Below, one piece after another: positions 50,055-61,644 of a stretch of 64,000 nt of DNA. Where the stretch lies: assembly GCF_964213995.1 (NCBI RefSeq), contig NC_135806.1, positions 139,810,001 to 139,874,000 of the forward strand, written 5' to 3'. The DNA comes from Mustelus asterias. Lineage: Eukaryota. The first letter of the stretch is position 1. The number at the start of each line of letters is the position of its first letter. A model generated the notes under the pieces. It did no database searches and was not told the DNA's origin. It saw only the letters and a list, made by a program, of their open reading frames with translations. Made by a program: the position numbers and the translations under genes.

Positions 50055-51915
50055 TGATTTGATTTATTATTGTCACATTAATATACAGTGAAAACTATTG
50101 TTTCTTGCATACTGTGCAAACAAAGCATACCGTTCATAGAGAAGGAAAGGAGAGAGTGCAGAACGTAGCGTTACAGTCATAGCTAGGGTGTAGATAAAGA
50201 TCAACTTAATGTAAGGTAGGTCCATTCAAAAGTCTGACGGCAGCAGGGAAGAAGCTGTTCTTGAGTCGGTTGGTACGTGACCTCAGACTTTTGTATCTTT
50301 TTCCCGACGGAAGAAGCTGGAAGAGAGAATGTCCGGGATGCATGGGGTCCTTGATTATGCTGACTGCTTTTCTGAGGCAGCGGGAAGTGTAGACAGTGTC
50401 AATGGATGGGAGGCTGATTTGAGTGATGGACTGGCTTCATTCACGACACTGTAGTTTTTTGCGGTCTTGGACAGAGCAGGAACCATACCAAGCTGTGATA
50501 CAACCAGAAAGAATGCTTTCTATGTGCATTTGTAGAAGTTCATGACAGTTGTAGCAGACATGCCAAAGTTTCTTAGTCTCCTGAGAAAGGAGAGGTGTTG
50601 GTGGGCTTTCTTAACTGTAGTGTCTGCATGGAGGGACCAGGACAGGTTGTTGGTGATCTGGACACCTAAAAACCTGAAGTTCTTGGCCCTTTCTACTTTC
50701 TCCCCATTGATGTAGTCAGGGGCATGTTCTCCACTCCACTTCTTGAAGTCAATGACTATCTCCTTTGTTTTGTTGACATTGAGGGAGAGATTATTGTCAT
50801 CGCACCAGCTTTCCTGTATTCCATCTCGTCATTGTTTGAGATCTGATCCACAACGGCAGTGTCGTCAGCAAACTTGAAAATCGAGTTGGAGGAGAATTTA
50901 GCCATACAGTCAAAGGTATCTAAGGAGTATAGTAAGGGGCTGAGGACACAGCCTTGCGGAGCATCAGCGTTGAGGATGACCATGGAGGAGGTGTTGCTGC
51001 CTATCCTTACTGGCTGCAGTCTGTGGGTTAGGAAGTCGAGGATCCAGCTGCAGAGGAAGGAGCTGAGTCTGACGGCCACGAGGTTTGGAGATGAGTCTCA
51101 TAAGAATAATGGTGTTAAAGGCTGAGGTATCTTTGTTATCTAGGTGTTACAGGGTTAAGTGCAGAGCCAGAGAGATGGCATCTGCTGTGGACATGTTGTG
51201 GCGATTGGCGAACTGTAGTGGATCCAGGCAGTCTGAGAGGCAGGAATTGATTTGTGCCATGACTAACCTTTCGAAGCACTTCATGATAATGGATGTCTGA
51301 GCCACCGGACGATAGTCATTAAGGCACGCTGCCTGGCTTTTCTTTGGTACCGGGATGATGGTCATCTTCTTGAAGCAGATAGGGACCTCAGATTGGTGTA
51401 AAGAGAGGTTGAAGATGTCTGCGAATACCCCCGACAGCTGGTCCGCGCAGGATCTGGGTGCTCGTCCAGGTACCCCATCTGGGTCAGTTGCTTTCCGTGG
51501 ATTGACTTTTAAGAAGGCTGTTCTGACATCAGCAATGGTGACCTCGGATACAGGTTCATCCAAGGCTTCCAGGATAGAGGGCGTGCTCTCGCTGACCTCT
51601 TGCTCAAAATGGGCATAGAATGCATTGAGCTCATCAGGGGGGTTCGCATTGAAGCCGGTGATTTTACCTGCCTTCATCTGCCTGTTATGTCTTGCAGACC
51701 TTGCCATAGTCAGCGGGAGTCTGTGTGGCTAGCTTGGGATTCTAGCTTGGTCCGGTATTGTCTTTTGGCACCTTTGATGGATCTCCATAGACCATATCTG
51801 GTCAGGGTCACCTGACTTGAACGTCTCAGACCTGGACTTCAGCAGGCAGTGGATATCCCTGTTCATCCGGGTTGGGAAACACGCAGATTTGCTTCTTTGG
51901 CACACAGTCTTCTAC
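50055..51915 (-). mobile_element. Rex1/Babar LINE, RT to tail
   Basis: CLNDYRPVA..MKCFERLV, DPLQFA, APQGCVLSPLLY, KFADDTAVV. Confidence 0.9.
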
Positions 51916-52304
51916 ATCAGAAACTGAACTGTGGCTCCAAGAGCCAGTCACAGACTTGAAATTCTGCGGGTAGTAACTCACATCCTGACCAAGCAAAGCC
52001 TGTCCACCACCAACTATGCACATCAGGAGTATGATGGAATATTACAAATTGCCTGTCTGAGTGCAGCTCAAGCAACACTCAAGAAGCTCCACCCAGTACA
52101 AAGCAGTCTCTCCTCCACCACTGGTGCACCGTGGCAGCAGTGTGTACAATCTACAAGATGAACTGTAGCAACTCATCAAGGCTCTTTCAACAGCACCTTC
52201 CAAACATATGACCTCTATCATCTGCAAGGACATGGACAGCAAATGGAACACCATCATTGGAAGTTCCCCTCCAAGCCACTCACTATCCTGATGTGGAAAT
52301 ATAT

Positions 52305-52470
52305 AGTAAGAAGTCGCACAACACCAGGTTAAAGTTCAACAGGTTGATTTAGTATCATGAGCTGCTGTATCACAAGCTCGTGATACCAAATAAACCTGTT
52401 GGACTTTAACCTGGTGTTGGTGAGGCTTCTTACTGTGCCCACTCCAGTCCAACGTGGTATCTCCACATCA
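52305..52470. repeat. Fold-back Penelope-type terminal repeat
   Basis: ~60 bp inverted arms 52305-52364 / 52375-52434. Confidence 0.7.
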
Positions 52471-52484
52471 TAGAAATATATATA

Positions 52485-54747
52485 GTCATCCCAGCGATCA
52501 TAATTCTACCTCCTTCACGATAGCATTGGAAAGAGATAGGATCAGGCAGGCTAGGAAAGTGTTTCTCTGGAGTAAAGGGAAATACAGTGTCATCAGGGAG
52601 GAAATTAGACGGGTAAATTGGAAGGAGGCATTCTTGGGGAAAAGTACCGAAGGAAAGTGGAGGATTTTCAAGGAATGTTTGTCTGGAGCTCTGCATGACA
52701 ACGTTCCGATGAGACAGGGGGGTGTTGGTAGGGTACGGGAACCGTGGTGCACGAAGGTTGTGATGAACCTGGTGAATAAGAAAAGAGAGGCGTACAGAAG
52801 GTTCAGAGAGCTAGGAGGTGTTAAGGATTTAGAGGAGTATACGGGATGTAGGAAGGAGCTTAAGAAGGAAATTAGGAGAGCGAGAAGGGGTCATGAGAAG
52901 GCCTTGGCGGGTAAGATTAAGGAGAATCCCAAGGCTTTCTACAAATATGTCAAGAGTAAAAGGATGAGATGTGAAGGCATAGGACCCTTAAAAGGTGAAG
53001 GGGGAAAAGTTTGTGCGGAACCGTTAGAAATGGCGGAGCTGCTTAATGAATACTTTACCTCGGTATTCACGGTGGAAAGGGATCTGGGTGGTTGTACTGC
53101 TGGTTTGCGGTGGACAGAAAGGATCGAGCATGTGGACATAAAGAAAGAGGATGTGTTGGAACTATTGAATGGCATCAAGGTTGGTAAGTCGCCGGGACCG
53201 GATGGGACGTACCCCAGGTTACTGTGGGAGGCGAGGGAGGAGATTGCGGAGCCTTTGGCGATGATCTTTGCATCGTCGATGGAGACGGGAGAGGTTCCGG
53301 AGGATTGGAGGATTGCAGATGTGGTCCCTATATTCAAGAAAGGGAACAGGGACAGCCCGGGAAATTACCGACCGGTGAGTCTAACCTCAGTGGTTGGTAA
53401 GTTGATGGAGAGGATCCTGAGAGACAGGATTTATGATCATCTAGAGAAGTTTAGTATGATCAAAAGTAGTCAGCACGGCTTTGTCAAGGGCAGGTCGTGC
53501 CTTACGAGCCTGGTTGAGTTCTTTGAAAATGTGACCAAACACATTGACGAAGGAAGAGCGGTGGATGTGGTCTATATGGACTTCAGCAAGGCGTTCGATA
53601 AGGTCCCCCATGCAAGACTTCTTGAGAAAGTGAGAGGGCATGGGATCCAAGGGGCTGTTGCCTTGTGGATCCAGAACTGGCTTGCCTGCAGAAGGCAGAG
53701 AGTGGCTGTGGAGGGGTCTTTCTCTGCATGGAGGTCAGTGACCAGTGGAGTGCCCCAGGGATCTGTTCTGGGACCCTTGCTGTTTGTCATTTTCATAAAT
53801 GACCTGGATGAGGAAGTGGAGGGATGGGTTGGTAAGTTTGCTGACGACACCAAGGTAGGTGGTGTTGTGGATAGTTTGGAGGGATGTCAGAAGTTGCAGC
53901 GAGACATAGATAGAATGCAAGACTGGGCGGAGAAGTGGCAGATGGACTTCAACCCGGATAAGTGTGTGGTGATCCATTTTGGCAGATCCAATGGGATGAA
54001 GCAGCAGTATAATATGAAGGGTACCATTCTTAGCAGTGTAGAGGATCAGAAGGACCTTGGGGTCCGGGTCCATAGGACTCTTAAATCGGCCTCGCAGGTG
54101 GAGGATGCGGTCAAGAAGGCGTACGGCGTACTAGCCTTCATTAATCGAGGGATTGAGTTTAGGAGTCGGGAGATAATGCTGCAGCTTTATAGGACCCTGG
54201 TTAGACCCCACTTGGAGTACTGCGCGCAGTTCTGGTCACCTCATTACAGGAAAGATGTTGAAGCCATTGAAAGGGTGCAGAGGAGATTTACAAGGATGTT
54301 GCCTGGATTGGGGGGCATGCCTTATGAGGATAGGTTGAGGGAGCTTGGTCTCTTCTCCCTGGAGAGACGAAGGATGAGAGGTGACCTGATAGAGGTTTAC
54401 AAGATGTTGAGAGGTCTGGATAGGGTAGACTCTCAGAGGCTATTTCCAAGGGCTGAAATGGTTGCTACGAGAGGACACAGGTTTAAGGTGCTGGGGGGTA
54501 GGTACAGAGGAGATGTCAGGGGTAAGTTTTTCACTCAGAGGGTGGTGGGTGAGTGGAATCGGCTGACGTCGATGGTGGTGGAGGCAAACTCGTTGGGGTC
54601 TTTTAAGAGACTTCTGGATGAGTACATGGGATTTAATGAGATTGAGGGCTATAGATAGGCCTAGAGGTGGGGATGTGATCGGCGCAACTTGTGGGCCGAA
54701 GGGCCTGTTTGTGCTGTGGCTTTCTATGTTCTATATGTTCTATGTTC
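52485..54747 (+). mobile_element. Young 5'-truncated CR1 with uninterrupted ORF2 (RT) frame
   Basis: Open 52454-54658 (734 codons): [32 protein letters not shown]; (ttctatg)n tail. Confidence 0.95.
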
Positions 54748-54799
54748 ATGTTGTTGGGACAAAATCCTAGAATAACCTTCTTTTCAGCACGGTGAGCGT

Positions 54800-56100
54800 A
54801 CCAGTGTATATACCAGTGATAAGGAAGGACTGATAAGGAAGGACTGTAGAAAAAGAGATAATCAGCCATGGATATCTAAGGAAATAAAGGAGGGTATCAA
54901 ATTGAAAGAAAATGCATACAAAGTGGCACAGATTAGTGGGAACCTACAGGATTGGGAAATCTTTAAAGGTCAGCAGAAAGCCACGAAAAAGCTATAAAGA
55001 AAAATAAGATGGATTGTGAGAGTAAACTAGCTCAGAATATAAAATCAATGGTCCTTTAGAGGACGAAAAGGGGGATGTAATAACTGGAAATGAGAAAATG
55101 GCTGAGGCATTGAACAGGTATTTTGTGTTGGTCTTCACAGTGGAAGACACAAATAACATGCCAAAAATTGATGACAGGAAGGCTATGGCAGGTGAGAACC
55201 TAGAAACTATCATTATCACGAAAGAGGTAGTGTTGGGCAAGCTAATGGGGCTAAAGGTAGACAAGTCTCCTGGTCCTGATGGAATGCATCCCAGGGTACT
55301 AAAAGAGATGGCGGGAGAAATAGCAAATGCACTAGTGGTAATTGACCAAAATTCGCTGGACTCTGGGGTGGTTCCCGCAGATTGGAAAACAGCAAATGTG
55401 ACGCCACTGTTTAAAAAAGGAGGTAGACAAAAGGCAGGTAACTATAGGCCGGTTAGCTTAATTTCTGTAGTAGGGAAAATGCTTGAATCTATCATCAAGA
55501 AAGAAATAGCGAGACATCTGGATATAAATTGTCCCATTGGTAAGACGCACCATGGGTTCATGAAGGGCAGGTCATGTTTGACTAATTTGGTGGAATTCTT
55601 TGAGAACATTACATGTGCAGTGGACAATGGGGAACCTGTGGATGTGGTGTATCTGGATTTCCAGAAGGCATTTGACAAGGTGCCGCACCAAAGACTGCTA
55701 CATAAGATAAAGGTGCACGGTGTTACGGGTAATGTATTAGCATGGATAGAGGATTGGTTAACTAACAGAAAGCAAAGAGTGGGGGTAAACGGGTGTTTTT
55801 CTGGTTGGCGAACAGTGACTAGTGGTGTGCCTCAGGGATCAGTGTTGGGACCACAATTCTTTATGATTTACATAAATGATTTGGAGTTGGGGACCAAGTG
55901 TAGTGTGTCAAAATTCGCATATGACACTAAGATGGGTGGAAGAGCAAAGTGGACAGAGGATGCTGAAAGTCTGCAAAGGGATATAGATAATCTAAGTGAG
56001 TGGGCGAGGGTCTGGCAGATGGAGTACAATGTTGGTAAATGTGAGGTCATCCATTTTGGTAGGAATAACAGAAAAATGGACTATTATTTAAATGGTAAAT
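54800..56100 (+). mobile_element. CR1 internal RT fragment
   Basis: ORF 55098-56102; same subfamily as 11475-12555. Confidence 0.9.
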
Positions 56101-57375
56101 AAGAACATAAGATCATAAGAAATAGGAGCAGGAGTAGGCCATCTAGCCCCTCGAGCCTGCCCCGCCATTCAATAAGATTATGGCTGATCTGAAGTGGATC
56201 AGTTCCACTTACCCGCCTGATCCCTATAACCCCTAATTCCCTTACCGATCAGGAATCCGTGATTGAAACATATTCAACGAGGTAGCCTCCACCACTTCAG
56301 TGGGCAGAGAATTCCAGAGATTCACCACCCTCTGAGAGAAGAAGTTCCTCCTCAACTCTGTCCTAAACTGACCCCCCTTTATTTTGAGGCTGTGCCCTCT
56401 AGTTCTAGCTTCCTTTCTAAGTGAAAAGAATCTCTCCACCTCTACCCTATCCAGCTCCTTCATTATCTTATAGGTCTCTATAAGATCCCCCCTCAGCCTT
56501 CTAAATTCCAACGAGTACAAACCCAATCTGCTCAGTCTCTCCTCATAATCAACACCCCTCATCTCTGGTATCAACCTGGTGAACCTTCTCTGCACTCCCT
56601 CCAAGGCTAATATATCCTTCCGCAAATAAGGGGACCAATACTGCACACAGTATTCCAGCTGCGGCCTCACCAATGCCCTGTATAGATGCAGCAAGACACC
56701 TCTGCTTTTATATTCTATCCCCCTTGCGATATAGGCCAACATTCCATTTGCCTTCTTGATCACCTGTTGCACCTGCAGACTGGGATTTTGCATCTCATGC
56801 ACAAGGACCCTCAGGTCCCTTTGCACAGTAGCATGTTGTAATTTTTTTCCATTTAGATAATAATCCAATTTGCTATTATTTCCTCCAAAGTGAATAACCT
56901 CACATTTGTCAACGTTATACTCCATCTGCCAGATCCTCGCCCACTTACCCAGCCTGTCCAAATCTCTCTGCAGACCTTCTACGACTTCCACATAATTCAC
57001 TTTTCCACTTATCTTTGTGTCGTCTGCAAACTTTGTTACCCTACACTCAGTCCCCTCCTCCAGATCGTCTATATAAATGGTAAATAGTTGAGGACCCAGT
57101 ACCGATCCCTGCGGCACGCCACTAGTCACCATCTGCCAACCAGAAAAGCACCCATTTATTCCGACTCTCTGCTTCCTGTCAGATAGCCAATCCCCAATCC
57201 ACGCTAACACCCTACCCCCAACTCCGTGTGACCCAATCTTCTTCAGCAACCTTTTGTGAGGCACCTTATCAAACGCCTTTTGGAAATCCAAAAACACTGC
57301 ATCCACTGGTTCCCCTCCACTAGTCACATCTTCATAAAAATCCAACAAATTCGTCAAGCACGACTTTCCCCTCAT
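56101..57375 (-). mobile_element. CR1 3' 1.3 kb
   Basis: ORF 56242-57375 with FADD; (cttatg) tail. Confidence 0.92.
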
Positions 57376-57377
57376 GA

Positions 57378-58675
57378 ATCCGCTTCATCCTGGACCACAA
57401 TGTCTTCACCTTCAACAACCAGTTCTTCATCCAGACACACGGAACAGCCATGGGGACCAAATTCGCACCTCAATATGCCAACATCTTCATGCACAGGTTC
57501 GAACAAGACTTCTTCACCGCACAAGACCTTCAACCGATGCTATACACTTGATACATCGATTACATTTTCTTCCTTTGGAGTCATGGTGAACAATCACTGA
57601 AACAACTGTATGATGACATCAACAAGTTCCATCCCACCATCAGACTCACCATGGACTACTCTCCAGAATCAGATGCATTCTTGGACACACACATCTCCAT
57701 TAAGGACGGTCACCTCAGCACCTCACTGTACCGCAAGCCCACGGATAACCTCACGATGCTCCACTTCTCCAGCTTCCACCCTAAACACGTTAAAGATGCC
57801 ATCCCCTACGGACAAGCCCTCCATATACACAGGATCTGCTCGGATGAGGAGGATCGCAACAGACACCTCCAGACGCTGGAAGATGCCCGCATAAGAACAG
57901 GATATGGCGCTCGACTCATCGATCAACAGTTCCGACGCGCCACAGCGAAAAACCGCACCGACCTCCTCAGAAGACAAACACGGGACACGTCGTTCAGTAC
58001 TTCCCCGGAGCGAAGAAGCTACGGCATCTCCTCCGGAGCCTTCAACATGTCATTGATGAAGACAAACATCTCGCCAAGGCCATCCCCACACCCCCACTTC
58101 TTGCCTTCAAACAACCGCGCGACCTCAAACAGACCATTGTCCACAGCAAACTACCCAGCCTTCAGGAGAACAGTGACCACAACACCACACAACCCTGCCA
58201 CAGCAACTTCTGCAAGACGTGCCGGATCATCAACACGGATGCCATCATCTCACGTGAGAACACCATCTACCAGGTACACGGTACCTACTCTTGCAACTCG
58301 GCCAACATTGTCTACCTGATACGCTGCAGGAAAGGATATCCCGAGGCATGGTACATTGGGGAAACCATGCAGACGCTACGACAATGGATGAATGAACACC
58401 ACTCGACAATCACCAGGCAAGACTGTTCTCTTCCTGTGGGGGAGCACTACAGCAGTCACGGGCATTCAGCCTCTGATCTTCAGGTAAGCGTTCTCCAAGA
58501 CGGCCTTCATGACACATGACGGCGCAGAGTCGCTGAGCAGAAACTGATAGCTAAGTTCCGCACACATGAGGACGGCCTAAACCGGGATGTTGGATTTATG
58601 TCACATTATCGGTAACCCCCACAGCTTGCCTCCTGGACTTGCGGGCTACCCTGTCTGGAGACAATACACATCTCT
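57378..58675 (+). mobile_element. Penelope-like element, RT C-terminal half plus GIY-YIG endonuclease
   Basis: QTHGTAMGTKFAPQYANIFM, YIDY, FLDT, YRKPTD..SFHP..IPYGQ; IVYLIRC..WYIGET. Confidence 0.9.
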
Positions 58676-59088
58676 TTAACCAGGCAACATCTTTGTAAAT
58701 CGCCTCTGCACCCTTTCAATCTTTTCCACATCCTTCCTGTAATGAGGCGACCAGAATTGAGCACAGTACTCCAAGTGGGGTCTGACGAGGGTCTTATATA
58801 GCTGCATCATTATCCCCGGACTCCTAAACTCAATCCCTCGATTGATAAAGGCCAGCACACCATACGCCTTCTTAACCACCTCCTCCACCTGCGGGGCCGA
58901 TTTTAGAGTCCTATGGACCCGGACCCCAAGGTCCTTCTGATCCTCTACAGTACTAAGAGTCTTTCCCTTAATATTGTACTCCTTCATCCCATTTGACCTG
59001 CCAAAATGGACCACTATGCATTTATCTGGGTTGAAGTCCATCTGCCACTTCTCCGCCCAGTCTTGCATCCTATCTATGTCCCTCTGTT
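58676..59088 (-). mobile_element. CR1 internal fragment
   Basis: WQMDFNPDKC..RPHLEYCAQFWSP. Confidence 0.85.
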
Positions 59089-59094
59089 CAGTAA

Positions 59095-59352
59095 AAGTTA
59101 AAGTAAAGTTTATTTATTAGTCACAAGTAAAGCAATGAAGTTACTGTGAAATTCCCCGAGTCACCGCAGTCTGGCGCCTGTTTGGGTCAATGAACCTAAC
59201 CAGCACGTCTTTCAGAATGTGGGAGGAAACCGGAGCACCCGGAGGAAACCCATGCAGACATGGTGAGAACATACAAACTCCACACAGACAGTGACCCAAG
59301 CAGGGAATCGAACCCGGGCCGGTGCTGTGAACCACTGTGCTACCGTGCCGCC
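59095..59352 (-). mobile_element. V-SINE, short variant with alternative tail
   Basis: Same deleted form as ~24565-24838. Confidence 0.8.
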
Positions 59353-60380
59353 CACATGGACGGATAGAAAGCTGGTTAGCAGATAGGGAGCAAAGAGTTG
59401 GCATAAATGGGTCTTTTTCTGATTGGCAGTCAGTGACTAATGGGGTTTCGCAGGGATCTATGCTAGGTCCCCAACTGTTCACATTATATGTTAATGATTT
59501 GGAAGAGGGAACTGAAAGTATTATCTCCAAATATGCAGAAGGTACAAAGTTGGATGAGCTGTGAGGAGGATACGGAGATGCTTCAGCGTGATTTGGACAG
59601 GCTGCGTGTATGGGCATATACATGGCAGATGCAGTATAATGTGGATAAATGTGAGGTCATCCAATTTGGTAACAATAATAGGAAGACAGATTACTTGAAT
59701 GGGTGTAAATTGGATACTCAACGAGACCTTGGCGTCCTCGTGCATCAGTTGCTGAAAGTAAACGCGCAGGTACAGCAGGCAGTAAAGAAGGCAAGATAGT
59801 TGTCCTTCACAGCGAGAGGATTTGAGTAGAGGGATAGGGCTGTTTTGCTGCAATTGTATAGGGCATTGGTGAGGCCACACCTGGAGTATTGTGTGCAGTT
59901 TCGGTGTCCTTATCTGAGGAAGGATGTCCTTGCTATAGAGGGAGCACAGCAAAGGTTTACCAGGCTGATTCCTGGGATGGCAAGTCTGTCATATGAGGAG
60001 AGACTAAGTCAGTTAGGATCTCATAGAAACTTATAAAATTCAAACAGGGTTAGACAGGGTAAATCCAGAAAGAATGTTCCCAATGGTGGGGGAGTCCAGA
60101 ACTAGCTTGAGGATAAGGGGTAAACCTTTTAGAACTGAGGTGAGGGGAAATTTCTTCACCCAGAGGGTGGTGAATGTGTGGAATTCACTACCACAGAATG
60201 TAGTTGAGGCCAAAACGTTGTCTGATTTCAAGCAGAAATGAGATAGAGCTCTTGGAGCTAAAGGGATCAAGGGATATGGGGGAAGGGGGGATCAGGATAT
60301 TGAATTCAATGATCAGCCATGATCAAAATGAATGTCAGAGAAGGCTCGAAAGGCCTACTCCTGCTTCTATTTTCTATGCT
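59353..60380 (+). mobile_element. Decayed CR1 3' 1 kb
   Basis: GVSQGSMLGP, RPHLEYCVQF; tail. Confidence 0.85.
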
Positions 60381-60650
60381 TATATGAACCAGATGGGTTT
60401 TTATGACAATCGGCAATGGTTTCATGGTCATCGGTAGATGTTTAATTCCAAATTTTTACTGAATTCAAATTTCGCCATCTGCCATGGTGGGATTTGAGCC
60501 CATGTTCCCAGATCTTGCTCTGAGTCTCTGGACTGTTAGTAAATTAGTAGAATATTAATCTCTGTTGCTTTAAATTATACAGCATTACTTCCTGCACTAT
60601 AATAGAACACTCATCTCCCGATTAGGCAATTTACAACTTCTGGACTCAAT

Positions 60651-61643
60651 GGGGGCAATTCTCCAAGCCAGCTGTGCTGCTCCAGCAATGCAACAGACTG
60701 GGAGACATCATCGGAGGCCGTGTGGAGGGATCCGTACTGGCCGCCATGGCCTCCGCACGTCACCAGGGCCCAGATTTCCGGTGTCGTCAGCTCCGTGCTG
60801 GAAATTGGCATGGAGCTGATTTAAATAACCATTTAAAACTTATTAGCGGGCCAGGGACCAGTTAGCCTCTCTCCCCCCGCCAGGAGTGGTTCACTCCAGT
60901 GTGGCTTACAACAGCTCCCCACTAACGGGGACCAGACAGCCCGACCCCGCTGGAGGGAAGGGAGGCCATGGAGGCACCCTCCCCCCCCCTCCCCGCCGCC
61001 AGGAGGTCGGGGTAAGGGGAGGGTGCCCCCGGGTATTCCCAGCCAGGAAGTGCCAGTCTGGCCCCCTGGCACTGTCCACTGGGCAGTGCTGAGGGGGCAG
61101 GGCCAGGGGGGTGGGCAATGGGGGCAGATTGGGAGGGGTGGGGGCTCCTGCTGCCATTATGCATAGGGATCCATGGCAGAGGGAGGGAAGGAGCTGGCCA
61201 TCAGGGTGAGGGAGTTCAGGGGTGGGGTTTGGGACTGCCGGGGAGGTGGATGTGGGGTTCGGGACTACTGGGGCAGGGTGGAGGTCATCAGGGCTGGCCC
61301 AGAGACATCCAGCCATCGGGTTGGGGGGAATTGGAGGGGCAGCGCTGGGAGGGTTGCTGTGCTGGCCAACGATCGATAGACTGGCTGTGTGAAGCTACTG
61401 CACATGCGCCGATCTCCGCTCTGACAGATTGGCGCATGCACAGTGGCCGGCTCAGTGTTCTGCTGACAGTCTCTCCGGCGAGAATAGGCCCTGCCCTCTG
61501 ATTTTCAGCGTGAATCTCCCTGAGGCACTCTGTGATGCAGAGTGTCAGCGTTCCATTTTGAAAATTCCACTAAAAAGACCAGCAGGAGTTACTCCCGTTT
61601 TTATACTAATTTGACACTTAGAATGTTTTTGGGAGAATCCCAG
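60651..61643. mobile_element. ~1 kb G-rich non-autonomous DNA-transposon-like element
   Basis: Ends gggggcaattctcc / gggagaatccc are imperfect inverted repeats; no credible ORF. Confidence 0.6.
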
Positions 61644-61644
61644 T

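Noticed and set aside
58676-59088. CR1 fragment as a local inverted copy of ~53905-54305
   Set aside because: Both frames are open yet differ at many positions, including an in-frame indel, which fits separate master elements.
60560-60650. Acceptor-like ttatacag as a downstream exon
   Set aside because: The phase-1 frame stops after 5 codons and has no TM or Ig character.
60833-61501. Gly/Pro-rich ORFs
   Set aside because: By-product of G-rich MITE-like sequence.
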